A DNA stretch of 64,000 nt from Trypanosoma brucei (lineage: Eukaryota). Each line of letters begins with the position of its first letter. The first letter of the stretch is position 1. Location of the stretch: the NCBI GenBank assembly GCA_000002445.1, contig CM000207.1, positions 672,001 to 736,000 on the forward strand, in the 5' to 3' direction. The translations under genes and the position numbers were made by a program. The notes under the pieces were generated by a model. That model saw only the letters and a list, made by a program, of their open reading frames with translations. It was not told the DNA's origin and searched no databases. Shown piece after piece: positions 43,544 through 54,776 of the stretch.

Positions 43544-44629
43544 ATGGTCGTCAAACGCCGTGGAAATGGCCGGTTAGGCAAACCTCCGACAGATACTGGA
43601 GTGAGTGAGAACTCTACCGGTGGAACCCCACCCCCGGAGTCTGCTTCTCAACGTGGCGGGGCGAAACAAACTACGGTTGCTTCCGCGATCAAGCAGCCCG
43701 CTTCGATGCCCGACGGCTCGTTGTCGCAGGATCGACGAAAGCGCCGCCGTAGGTTATCGGTGCCAGAGGAGGTGGCCCATGCCGTTGTGGAGGGGGAAGA
43801 AGCTACAGGTGCTGTAAGGGATGAAAGACTACCCGAAAATACTCGAGTTGTTGAACCTCAATTGAATGATCATGATGGTAAAGAGAGATACCCTCTGGGC
43901 GTTGTCCAGTTCCCAGAGGAGCAGCGCCCGTGGAGGAGCGCAAGGCGTAAAGCTGGGGTAGCTGAGGGAGGTAGTGACGAGGTTAACGCCGCACAGCTTC
44001 CTCCGACGGGCAACGCTGTGCCGCAGAAACCAACTAGGCGTTTAGGTAGAGCATCTGCCCCTCCGATACCACCTGTCGGTACTGTTGAACATGATTTGCA
44101 GACAACTGGTGGAACGTGTACGAGTGCTCCTATTGCGGGTGACCGCGCTTCCCGAACGTTTCAGGCGGCGGCGAGCCCCTCCGAAGATATTAAACAAAGG
44201 CCGCATAGAATTCCATTGATAATAGATAAGGGGCGTTTCAGTAAGCAAAAAGTCGAGGCTCCTCCCGGGACCGCAACCGTGGTGCCCATGGACACTGGAG
44301 AAAACCAGGCTGGCGTTTGTGAAGCAAACTCCGCACCACCAACTTCCTGTTCCCACCGTGGCGCCCAGCGCTTGGGGCATGGCCAACCTGCTGATGGCAC
44401 AAGTGGTGCTGTTGATAGTATAGAGGAGGGGCCCGGGCGCGGAATTGAGGAAGCCTCCGTGGACGCGCGACGTAGGAGGTTTATGCAGGTGCCGGTGAGC
44501 AGAATCTCGTTGTATACACGGCTTGCCGAGGGGGGTTTGGATGCTGCCGACCGCCCATTTGTCACATGTGTGGTAAAACATGCCCAATCGTCTGTTTCCG
44601 CATGGGTATCCGGGTTCTTGTCGCCTTGA
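43544..44629 (+). CDS. Hypothetical basic, low-complexity protein, 361 aa, copy 1
   Basis: ATG start. Rich in R/K/P/S/G. Duplicated at 50031-51116 with three amino-acid differences. Confidence 0.5.
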   Translation: MVVKRRGNGRLGKPPTDTGVSENSTGGTPPPESASQRGGAKQTTVASAIKQPASMPDGSLSQDRRKRRRRLSVPEEVAHAVVEGEEATGAVRDERLPENTRVVEPQLNDHDGKERYPLGVVQFPEEQRPWRSARRKAGVAEGGSDEVNAAQLPPTGNAVPQKPTRRLGRASAPPIPPVGTVEHDLQTTGGTCTSAPIAGDRASRTFQAAASPSEDIKQRPHRIPLIIDKGRFSKQKVEAPPGTATVVPMDTGENQAGVCEANSAPPTSCSHRGAQRLGHGQPADGTSGAVDSIEEGPGRGIEEASVDARRRRFMQVPVSRISLYTRLAEGGLDAADRPFVTCVVKHAQSSVSAWVSGFLSP

Positions 44630-45920
44630 TGTGAGTGATGCTTTTATTTTTTCTTTGGAGGTGTGCGAATTTCTGTTTCTTGAAACAGATACTGACCGAT
44701 GGAGGGTCGTTGTTTTTCTTAGTTGGCTGTGCTGCTGGTGAAAGCACATTGTGAATGGGATAAATGGGTGTGAGGGTTTTCTTTCTAAATTTCTGCTGGC
44801 GGTTTATCCCTCATATTGTTTGCCTGAACTGGAGTGAATACAGTTCTCTTTTTGATACGGCTTCCTTTGCCGGTTGAACGGGGACACGCCTTCTTATTGG
44901 TTCTGTCGTGTACGCTTTTTCAGTGTAGTATTGGAGGGACTAACAGTGTGAGGAGCGGTGCCGAACCCAGTTGAACGCCTGTCATTGTGTGTGATGCCTG
45001 TACAACCGTGTTTCGGTTGCTTTGATTGCTCGATTGGCTGTGCGGCAGCCGTTGTGAAGGTGATGTAATCCCTTCAGTTGATGTGGCTTCTGCAGGTTGT
45101 TTCTTCCGGTGCGCGGGAACGGCAGACATAAGTGGTATATGTTTGGCTAGATACCGGCACTACTCTATAGGTTTACTTTTACTCTACTTTTTTTTTGTGT
45201 GTGTGCTTCCACTCACTTTGGTGTTCTGTTGCTGAGGCGGTGTTGCAACTGTGTCAGTGAACAGTACGCCATCTACGGATAGCACTACCGGCAGTCGGTT
45301 GCCGCTGGCGGTTGCTCATGAGGAGGTTTGTATTTACCTGCCGGTGGGTTGGCTTCTTGATGGGAGGTTAACAGGCGTGGGTGCCTTGTATGGTATCAGA
45401 TATTTCTCTAGGATGAAGGTTATGCACCATTACCATACCGTGGAGTTCGCCGTAATAAGGTGAAGTCATTTGAGCAGTAGTTCCTTTTGCTGTCATCTCT
45501 TGGTATATTATTGCCAAAAATACCTGTGCTATTGCTGCTACGTTGTAACCATGTCCTCTTTTGTGTTCAGTAACGGGGGTAGTGACTGTGACGACATATT
45601 CCGAGGCCGCATCGAGTTGTGTTTGACATTTGCCCTCCGTGTCGTAGCTTATACAACCTTCGTGGGTGGTGGTGCACATGTTTGTGTGCCCTGCAACGTC
45701 GCCGTTCACTACTTCAATTTTTTTGTACCCACTTGCGGATGAAACTTTTAGTCGGTATGTTCCCTTCTGGAATGACAGAGGGGAAGGACTGGTGATGTGC
45801 CGGTCGTCCCTCATTGTTGGTCTTTTCTCTTCTTGAACACGTAAATGCAAGCAGTGTCATAGCTATATTTTGGGGTGAAGAAAGGGCGAGGTTCACCTTC
45901 ATTTGGTTGGATTGCTGGGT

Positions 45921-46535
45921 ATGTCTACATCCCGCATTACGTTGTCGTCACAGCACGATGCACTGATAATTGTGGATATGCAGAATGATTTCGTGCTTCC
46001 CGACGGTGCGCTCTCCGTAACTGGTGCCACTGAGATCATACCGATAATTAATCGCGTTGTCGGAGATCACCAGTTTCGTGCCGTTGTCGCATCGATGGAC
46101 TGGCACCCTCCTGGACACATGTCGTTCCGAAATGAAGATGGGACAGGGGGTCCATGGCCTCCCCATTGCGTACGGTCAACGACTGGTGCCCAACTTCATT
46201 CAGAGATGAAACAAGGAGAGATAACCCACCTTATTCACAAGGCGACATCTCTGGATTCTGAAAGTTACTCCGCCTTCAGCGATGACAGCGGTAAGACAAC
46301 CGGTCTGGCTGCAATGCTGCGCGCCATGGACGTGAGAAGGGTTTTTATGTGTGGCGTAGCTTCCGATTACTGTGTATACTTTACCTCACTACACGCTATC
46401 CAAGAGGAATTTACCGTTGTTGTGTTGGAGGACGCCGTTCGCCCCGTCGACCCTGTTGCCATGGAGAAGAAGCGAGCACACCTGGAAAAGGAGGGCGTAA
46501 TCTTTGCGCGAAGCACAGACCTTTCCAGCTTCTGA
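45921..46535 (+). CDS. PNC1: Nicotinamidase/pyrazinamidase (isochorismatase family), copy 1
   Basis: IIVDMQNDF catalytic Asp motif, CGVASDYCV nucleophile Cys motif, and length about 204 aa. Track start at 45903 is TTG; first ATG at 45921. Confidence 0.8.
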   Translation: MSTSRITLSSQHDALIIVDMQNDFVLPDGALSVTGATEIIPIINRVVGDHQFRAVVASMDWHPPGHMSFRNEDGTGGPWPPHCVRSTTGAQLHSEMKQGEITHLIHKATSLDSESYSAFSDDSGKTTGLAAMLRAMDVRRVFMCGVASDYCVYFTSLHAIQEEFTVVVLEDAVRPVDPVAMEKKRAHLEKEGVIFARSTDLSSF

Positions 46536-47806
46536 GTCGGAGGTGGCTTCTTCTAGTGGTTCCTCCAGAAGTGTGGGACCGCGTAGGTGTGCCTAAGTGA
46601 TGAACGACAGGATGGAATGTAATGTGCTAATAATATGGGGCTGGGTGGCGGTGGTGGTGGTGAGCATGTCAAGGCGTACAGTGAGGGCTAGGTATATGCA
46701 ATCACCACCGTTATCATTGATTCTCAAGTGCATATTCCCAATAGGGCCACACATGCGCTCATGTACGGTCTCCTAAGGTGTATGTATGTGTGCGTTAGGT
46801 GTGTATGAAGCGAGCAAAGAAGAGAGGGGGGTCGAAATGGATGGCTCGGCAAACGGGTCTGCCAACTATTTTCTTCCCTCTCCCTTGGTTCTATTGCCTT
46901 GGTCGTTTTGCCATTTGAAAGACCTCTTCTTTGTTTTTTCTTCCATTGCACCGCGCCCGTCCCCGACGCCACCGGGTTCCCATTTTTTTTGTAACTGAAA
47001 AGAGGGACGGTACTGACACTTGGGGCGAATAACGGACACTAAGCGAACCTCACCCCTGAGTCTTCCCCACAAGGTGTTGGTTGCCGCGCAACAGAAGAAA
47101 TGGCGGGGTAGTAAGTGATGTGCGCGCGTACATGCACGATCCTGCGCGGCATCCGAAATTAATGGGCGGCGAGCTTTTGCTTACGGTTGGCCCTTGACAT
47201 GTGCGTTCAAATGGTGATGCCCTTCCATCATTTGCCGCAGTAACTTTTTTCCAGTGCAAACTCACAAGACATGCATTTGGAACATATTGGCGCTGGGGAT
47301 GTCAGGTGCCAACAGGGGTACTCTGTTTAATTGACGGTCAATAGCAGACAGCGTTTGTGTGATCTCCCTTTACCAGGCTGCAGATCCGTAGGGGTTGCCG
47401 AGTGGGAAGCCATCCGTTACGTTCCTGTCCCATTCCTCTCTTCCTCACACATGATGGTCGCAGCCGCCTGTAGGTATAATGTATTACCTATGGGTACAGT
47501 GAGCATTTGTTTGGAATAAAATGCCTTTTGCGACCATACAACAACCTACGCGTAATCGGCTACACTTATGCCTGAGCTGGTCGTGCGTAGGTCGCGTGTC
47601 TTGAAGGATGGTGCCGGGTTGACATGGGCTTCGGACTCTCATGAAGAGTGTCGATTCTTGTGGTATGCGCTGGTGCTATTTATATTGGAGTGATGTCTAC
47701 TGTGTGGAATCACAGCATGATGGCTTTGTGTGACGATTACCCGCCATTGGATTGAAATGTACTGCTTTGAACAGGTTGTGTGGCTGTGCCCACTGTCATT
47801 AATCGT

Positions 47807-48040
47807 ATTTACACGCGGCAGCTGTTCTTCACGGGCCCGAACCCATTCGTGATGCACCTTGTGCTGCTAACCCATGCGAAGGGCCTGGGACTGGATCCTT
47901 GAGGGTTGTACAAATCCCAATTAGGGTTTCGGGAGTCTGTGGCACTTGAATGTGAAAGGGACATCTTCGCTGCGTTGCAGTTGCCGTACGTTGAGCCCAT
48001 TCACCGCCATGCATACTGCCGCGTTCACAACCTGTTTTGA
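47807..48040 (+). pseudogene. 3' fragment of the Pol X-like gene (last about 78 codons) at the unit 1/unit 2 junction; carries an in-frame TGA
   Basis: Matches 41320-41553. Where copy 1 reads ggatccttgcgggttg, copy 2 reads ggatccttgagggttg near 47880, introducing a stop. There is no ATG. Confidence 0.75.
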
Positions 48041-48302
48041 GAGCGCCCGCGCCTTCCTTTTATTTGTTCTCCATGGGATATTGCTGTTCTTTAACTTCCT
48101 AACTGTATGGTTTTCTGTCGCATGTGTCGTCACAGACGCGCATCATTTTTTATACGACTAGATATGCCGCGTTACAGAGACCTATCGATTGCCTGATTAA
48201 GTACTCTTGCAGGTGTTGCTTTGTCTTCTCCGCACTATTACTCATTCCCTTTTTCTTTACTGATTTTTTCTGGTATGAAGGCACTTCTATACACTAAGGG
48301 TG

Positions 48303-48911
48303 ATGTCCGCACAACCGCACCTCCGCAAGCTGCGTAAGCTCAAGCGCGCCAACCCGTCTCAGGAGGAGGAGAGCGTCGCGAGGGTGCTCTTTGAATTGGA
48401 AGGCTCCCACAAGACTCTCCGCGCGCAGTTGCCCCGCTTCCATATAAACACTGTTCGCACGTCGTCGAGTCCCCGTCACAAGAAGACAGCTATGATCATT
48501 TTGTACCCGTTGCGTTTTATCATGCTTGTACGCAAGATTCAGCGAACGCTTACGGCAGAGCTCGAGAAGCGCTTCCCCGGAAACATTGTTGTGCTTGTTG
48601 CGCAGCGCAAGATAACGAAGCGACCGAATGATGTGTACAAGCTTCAGCAGGTGCAACGTTCCCGTACGAGCGTAGCGGTGTTTGAGAATATCTTGAATGA
48701 TCTTATATATCCGTGTGACGTGGTGGGCCGCCGTTGGCGTTACCGTACGGATGGGAGTAAGCTGATGAAAGTGTTCTTGGACGCCCGTGACCGCAAGAGG
48801 GTGGAGTCGAGACTTCCCCTTCTTGCCCACGTCTACAAGTTGTTGACGCACCGAACTGTCACCTTCGGGTTCATGTGGAACCCTAAGTTGCAGCAAGTGT
48901 CCTCCCGGTAG
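48303..48911 (+). CDS. RPS7: 40S ribosomal protein S7e, copy 2
   Basis: Identical to copy 1 except one codon (EEEGVARV versus EEESVARV). Confidence 0.85.
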   Translation: MSAQPHLRKLRKLKRANPSQEEESVARVLFELEGSHKTLRAQLPRFHINTVRTSSSPRHKKTAMIILYPLRFIMLVRKIQRTLTAELEKRFPGNIVVLVAQRKITKRPNDVYKLQQVQRSRTSVAVFENILNDLIYPCDVVGRRWRYRTDGSKLMKVFLDARDRKRVESRLPLLAHVYKLLTHRTVTFGFMWNPKLQQVSSR

Positions 48912-49465
48912 ATGAGTTTCGCCCAGCTACTTTGAAGGTGCCATTATCAGTTTTTTGTTTTGATTTATTTTCACTACGCTGCCATCCTCGGTTGTGTAGT
49001 GCTAGAAAATGAAATGACGCATGTCAGTACTGAAACTAGTGTAAGTTACAACCTCGAAGCTGCCTGTGTTTCCATGTTAGTCACCCCTTTGACATTTTCT
49101 TACCTTTTTGCTCATTAGTATTTTATGCTGGTGATAGACGCCCACTTTGGTGGTTCCTATGTGATGCAGCGAGTGAGATGAGGTGGCATGCTATACTTCA
49201 CTTCCGTGAGCTGCGTCACCACAGGTTCACCAACCCCTTCTCCACTGCGTGAGGATCGCGTGGTAAAAGCGTTTTCCGTGTTGGTGTCTTGTAGTAGAGT
49301 CATCCGAATGTGCCTCTCGCGGATAATGTGATTTATGTTTCCCACTGTTGCAGGCGGCTGCGAGTAGTCGGGTGCATCACAGATCAGCTTAGATTTCGCA
49401 CAAGATCTGAGGCCCCGGAAGGTGTTTTCAAGCCTCTTCCTTATCGTCTTGGCGCTACGTTGTGG

Positions 49466-49630
49466 TTACTCCAATCGCATACCAACCAAGGCCTGAATGC
49501 CAGGATATCGAGCTTAGGAGCGAATATCGACAAGGCCAGACAGCGTGGCGAACAGCAGGTTGCGTTAAAGGAAGAGGAGTTAAGGGATCTGCAGGGGAGA
49601 CTTGAGAGTTTGATGAGGGATTTGGAGTGA
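49466..49630 (+). pseudogene. 3' fragment of the BRAP2-like gene, copy 2
   Basis: Same as 42979-43143, offset by 6,487 bp. Confidence 0.75.
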
Positions 49631-50030
49631 TGTTTTTCGGCGTCGTCTTGTCATCCCATCCCGCCTCCCTTCCGTATCATGCTGCGTCATTCCCCTTCGC
49701 CACTTATCAACACAGTCGTGTGCACTCCTACTGTTCTCACATCAGTCAGTGCAGCTTAGTTACCTCGTTTGGCTTACTTTGACTTAAGTACCTTTTTTTG
49801 TGCTCATTGCGGTTGCTGTATGACTGCCAGCTCTCAGATGTCTGGACTTTCCATTCTCTTTATGTTGACCCTACACACCTGCCCCACACTGCATTTCCCC
49901 CCACCGTTCCCTGTTTGCACCTTCCTGCTGTATGGGTGGTGTAAAATACCCATTAGCATTATAGCAGTTGGTGGCTTGTTAATAACTGAAGTTCGGATTA
50001 CCGTGGCGAGTAAAGGTTTCCGGTGATATT

Positions 50031-51116
50031 ATGGTCGTCAAACGCCGTGGAAATGGCCGGTTAGGCAAACCTCCGACAGATACTGGAGTGAGTGAGAACT
50101 CTACCGGTGGAACCCCACCCCCGGAGTCTGCTTCTCAACGTGGCGGGGCGAAACAAACTACGGTTGCTTCCGCGATCAAGCAGCCCGCTTCGATGCCCGA
50201 CGGCTCGTTGTCGCAGGATCGACGAAAGCGCCGCCGTAGGTTATCGGTGCCAGAGGAGGTGGCCCATGCCGTTGTGGAGGGGGAAGAAGCTACAGGTGCT
50301 GTAAGGGATGAAAGACTACCCGAAAATACTCAAGTTGTTGAACCTCAATTGAATGATCATGATGGTAAAGAGAGATACCCTCTGGGCGTTGTCCAGTTCC
50401 CAGAGGAGCAGCGCCCGTGGAGGAGCGCAAGGCGTAAAGCTGGGGTAGCTGAGGGAGGTAGTGACGAGGTTAACGCCGCACAGCTTCCTCCGACGGGCAA
50501 CGCTGTGCCGCAGAAACCAACTAGGCGTTTAGGTAGAGCATCTGCCCCTCCGATACCACCTGTCAGTACTGTTGAACATGATTTGCAGACAACTGGTGGA
50601 ACGTGTACGAGTGCTCCTATTGCGGGTGACCGCGCTTCCCGAACGTTTCAGGCGGCGGCGAGCCCCTCCGAAGATATTAAACAAAGGCCGCATAGAATTC
50701 CATTGATAATAGATAAGGGGCGTTTCAGTAAGCAAAAAGTCGAGGCTCCTCCCGGGACCGCAACCGTGGTGCCCATGGACACTGGAGAAAACCAGACTGG
50801 CGTTTGTGAAGCAAACTCCGCACCACCAACTTCCTGTTCCCACCGTGGCGCCCAGCGCTTGGGGCATGGCCAACCTGCTGATGGCACAAGTGGTGCTGTT
50901 GATAGTATAGAGGAGGGGCCCGGGCGCGGAATTGAGGAAGCCTCCGTGGACGCGCGACGTAGGAGGTTTATGCAGGTGCCGGTGAGCAGAATCTCGTTGT
51001 ATACACGGCTTGCCGAGGGGGGTTTGGATGCTGCCGACCGCCCATTTGTCACATGTGTGGTAAAACATGCCCAATCGTCTGTTTCCGCCTGGGTATCCGG
51101 GTTCTTGTCGCCTTGA
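50031..51116 (+). CDS. Hypothetical basic low-complexity protein, 361 aa, copy 2
   Basis: Offset by 6,487 bp from copy 1. Differs by R/Q, G/S and A/T substitutions. Confidence 0.5.
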   Translation: MVVKRRGNGRLGKPPTDTGVSENSTGGTPPPESASQRGGAKQTTVASAIKQPASMPDGSLSQDRRKRRRRLSVPEEVAHAVVEGEEATGAVRDERLPENTQVVEPQLNDHDGKERYPLGVVQFPEEQRPWRSARRKAGVAEGGSDEVNAAQLPPTGNAVPQKPTRRLGRASAPPIPPVSTVEHDLQTTGGTCTSAPIAGDRASRTFQAAASPSEDIKQRPHRIPLIIDKGRFSKQKVEAPPGTATVVPMDTGENQTGVCEANSAPPTSCSHRGAQRLGHGQPADGTSGAVDSIEEGPGRGIEEASVDARRRRFMQVPVSRISLYTRLAEGGLDAADRPFVTCVVKHAQSSVSAWVSGFLSP

Positions 51117-52407
51117 TGTGAGTGATGCTTTTATTTTTTCTTTGGAGGTGTGCGAATTTCTGTTTCTTGAAACAGATACTGACCGATGGAGGGTCGTTGT
51201 TTTTCTTAGTTGGCTGTGCTGCTGGTGAAAGCACATTGTGAATGGGATAAATGGGTGTGAGGGTTTTCTTTCTAAATTTCTGCTGGCGGTTTATCCCTCA
51301 TATTGTTTGCCTGAACTGGAGTGAATACAGTTCTCTTTTTGATACGGCTTTCTTTGCCGGTTGAACGGGGACACGCCTTCTTATTGGTTCTGTCGTGTAC
51401 GCTTTTTCAGTGTAGTATTGGAGGGACTAACAGTGTGAGGAGCGGTGCCGAACCCAGTTGAACGCCTGTCATTGTGTGTGATGCCTGTACAACCGTGTTT
51501 CGGTTGCTTTGATTGCTCGATTGGCTGTGCGGCAGCCGTTGTGAAGGTGATGTAATCCCTTCAGTTGATGTGGCTTCTGCAGGTTGTTTCTTCCGGTGCG
51601 CGGGAACGGCAGACATAAGTGGTATATGTTTGGCTAGATACCGGCACTACTCTATAGGTTTACTTTTACTCTACTTTTTTTTTGTGTGTGTGCTTCCACT
51701 CACTTTGGTGTTCTGTTGCTGAGGCGGTGTTGCAACTGTGTCAGTGAACAGTACGCCATCTACGGATAGCACTACCGGCAGTCGGTTGCCGCTGGCGGTT
51801 GCTCATGAGGAGGTTTGTATTTACCTGCCGGTGGGTTGGCTTCTTGATGGGAGGTTAACAGGCGTGGGTGCCTTGTATGGTATCAGATATTTCTCTAGGA
51901 TGAAGGTTATGCACCATTACCATACCGTGGAGTTCGCCGTAATAAGGTGAAGTCATTTGAGCAGTAGTTCCTTTTGCTGTCATCTCTTGGTATATTATTG
52001 CCAAAAATACCTGTGCTATTGCTGCTACGTTGTAACCATGTCCTCTTTTGTGTTCAGTAACGGGGGTAGTGACTGTGACGACATATTCCGAGGCCGCATC
52101 CAGTTGTGTTTGACATTTGCCCTCCGTGTCGTAGCTTATACAACCTTCGTGGGTGGTGGTGCACATGTTTGTGTGCCCTGCAACGTCGCCGTTCACTACT
52201 TCAATTTTTTTGTACCCACTTGCGGATGAAACTTTTAGTCGGTATGTTCCCTTCTGGAATGACAGAGGGGAAGGACTGGTGATGTGCCGGTCGTCCCTCA
52301 TTGTTGGTCTTTTCTCTTCTTGAACACGTAAATGCAAGCAGTGTCATAGCTATATTTTGGGGTGAAGAAAGGGCGAGGTTCACCTTCATTTGGTTGGATT
52401 GCTGGGT

Positions 52408-53022
52408 ATGTCTACATCCCGCATTACGTTGTCGTCACAGCACGATGCACTGATAATTGTGGATATGCAGAATGATTTCGTGCTTCCCGACGGTGCGCTC
52501 TCCGTAACTGGTGCCACTGAGATCATACCGATAATTAATCGCGTTGTCGGAGATCACCAGTTTCGTGCCGTTGTCGCATCGATGGACTGGCACCCTCCTG
52601 GACACATGTCGTTCCGAAATGAAGATGGGACAGGGGGTCCATGGCCTCCCCATTGCGTACGGTCAACGACTGGTGCCCAACTTCATTCAGAGATGAAACA
52701 AGGAGAGATAACCCACCTTATTCACAAGGCGACATCTCTGGATTCTGAAAGTTACTCCGCCTTCAGCGATGACAGCGGTAAGACAACCGGTCTGGCTGCA
52801 ATGCTGCGCGCCATGGACGTGAGAAGGGTTTTTATGTGTGGCGTAGCTTCCGATTACTGTGTATACTTTACCTCACTACACGCTATCCAAGAGGAATTTA
52901 CCGTTGTTGTGTTGGAGGACGCCGTTCGCCCCGTCGACCCTGTTGCCATGGAGAAGAAGCGAGCACACCTGGAAAAGGAGGGCGTAATCTTTGCGCGAAG
53001 CACAGACCTTTCCAGCTTCTGA
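52408..53022 (+). CDS. PNC1: Nicotinamidase/pyrazinamidase, copy 2
   Basis: Protein identical to copy 1. Confidence 0.8.
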   Translation: MSTSRITLSSQHDALIIVDMQNDFVLPDGALSVTGATEIIPIINRVVGDHQFRAVVASMDWHPPGHMSFRNEDGTGGPWPPHCVRSTTGAQLHSEMKQGEITHLIHKATSLDSESYSAFSDDSGKTTGLAAMLRAMDVRRVFMCGVASDYCVYFTSLHAIQEEFTVVVLEDAVRPVDPVAMEKKRAHLEKEGVIFARSTDLSSF

Positions 53023-54293
53023 GTCGGAGGTGGCTTCTTCTAGTGGTTCCTCCAGAAGTGTGGGACCGCGTAGGTGTGCCTAAGTGATGAACGACAGGAT
53101 GGAATGTAATGTGCTAATAATATGGGGCTGGGTGGCGGTGGTGGTGGTGAGCATGTCAAGGCGTACAGTGAGGGCTAGGTATATGCAATCGCCACCGTTA
53201 TCATTGATTCTCAAGTGCATATTCCCAATAGGGCCACACATGTGCTCATGTACGGTCTCCTAAGGTGTATGTATGTGTGCGTTAGGTGTGTATGAAGCGA
53301 GCAAAGAAGAGAGGGGGGTCGAAATGGATGGCTCGGCAAACGGGTCTGCCAACTATTTTCTTCCCTCTCCCTTGGTTCTATTGCCTTGGTCGTTTTGCCA
53401 TTTGAAAGACCTCTTCTTTGTTTTTTCTTCCATTGCACCGCACCCGTCCCCGACGCCACCGGGTTCCCATTTTTTTTGTAACTGAAAAGAGGGACGGTAC
53501 TGACACTTGGGGCGAATAACGGACACTAAGCGAACCTCACCCCTGAGTCTTCCCCACAAGGTGTTGGTTGCCGCGCAACAGAAGAAATGGCGGGGTAGTA
53601 AGTGATGTGCGCGCGTACATGCACGATCCTGCGCGGCATCCGAAATTAATGGGCGGCGAGCTTTTGCTTACGGTTGGCCCTTGACATGTGCGTTCAAATG
53701 GTGATGCCCTTCCATCATTTGCCGCAGTAACTTTTTTCCAGTGCAAACTCACAAGACATGCATTTGGAACATATTGGCGCTGGGGATGTCAGGTGCCAAC
53801 AGGGGTACTCTGTTTAATTGACGGTCAATAGCAGACAGCGTTTGTGTGATCTCCCTTTACCAGGCTGCAGATCCGTAGGGGTTGCCGAGTGGGAAGCCAT
53901 CCGTTACGTTCCTGTCCCATTCCTCTCTTCCTCACACATGATGGTCGCAGCCGCCTGTAGGTATAATGTATTACCTATGGGTACAGTGAGCATTTGTTTG
54001 GAATAAAATGCCTTTTGCGACCATACAACAACCTACGCGTAATCGGCTACACTTATGCCTGAGCTGGTCGTGCGTAGGTCGCGTGTCTTGAAGGATGGTG
54101 CCGGGTTGACATGGGCTTCGGACTCTCATGAAGAGTGTCGATTCTTGTGGTATGCGCTGGTGCTATTTATATTGGAGTGATGTCTACTGTGTGGAATCAC
54201 AGCATGATGGCTTTGTGTGACGATTACCCGCCATTGGATTGAAATGTACTGCTTTGAACAGGTTGTGTGGCTGTGCCCACTGTCATTAATCGT

Positions 54294-54527
54294 ATTTACA
54301 CGCGGCAGCTGTTCTTCACGGGCCCGAACCCATTCGTGATGCACCTTGTGCTGCTAACCCATGCGAAGGGCCTGGGACTGGATCCTTGCGGGTTGTACAA
54401 ATCCCAATTAGGGTTTCGGGAGTCTGTGGCACTTGAATGTGAAAGGGACATCTTCGCTGCGTTGCAGTTGCCGTACGTTGAGCCCATTCACCGCCATGCA
54501 TACTGCCGCGTTCACAACCTGTTTTGA
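54294..54527 (+). pseudogene. 3' fragment of the Pol X-like gene, copy 3; reading frame intact but GTG-initiated only
   Basis: Track ORF 54267-54527 starts with GTG; the C-terminal 78 codons are identical to the Pol X-like gene. Confidence 0.7.
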
Positions 54528-54752
54528 GAGCGCCCGCGCCTTCCTTTTATTTGTTCTCCATGGGATATTGCTGTTCTTTAACTTCCTAACTGTATGGTTT
54601 TCTGTCGCATGTGTCGTCACAGACGCGCATCATTTTTTATACGACTAGATATGCCGCGTTACAGAGACCTATCGATTGCCTGATTAAGTACTCTTGCAGG
54701 TGTTGCTTTGTCTTCTCCGCACTATTACTCATTCCCTTTTTCTTTACTGATT
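54294..54752. repeat. Partial third repeat unit, 5' part (Pol X 3' fragment plus downstream 225 bp)
   Basis: Identical to 41320-41778 and 47807-48265. Sequence diverges from the RPS7-containing units at 54753. Confidence 0.85.
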
Positions 54753-54776
54753 GGTGTTGATAGTATATTTTTTGAA

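Larger units (their letters stand above)
41320..47806. repeat. Tandem repeat unit 1 (6,487 bp)
   Basis: Direct comparison with 47807-54293 shows near-identity over the full length with a handful of single-base differences. Gene start offsets (RPS7, 361-aa gene, nicotinamidase) are all exactly 6,487 bp. Confidence 0.9.
47807..54293. repeat. Tandem repeat unit 2 (6,487 bp)
   Basis: See unit 1. Confidence 0.9.
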
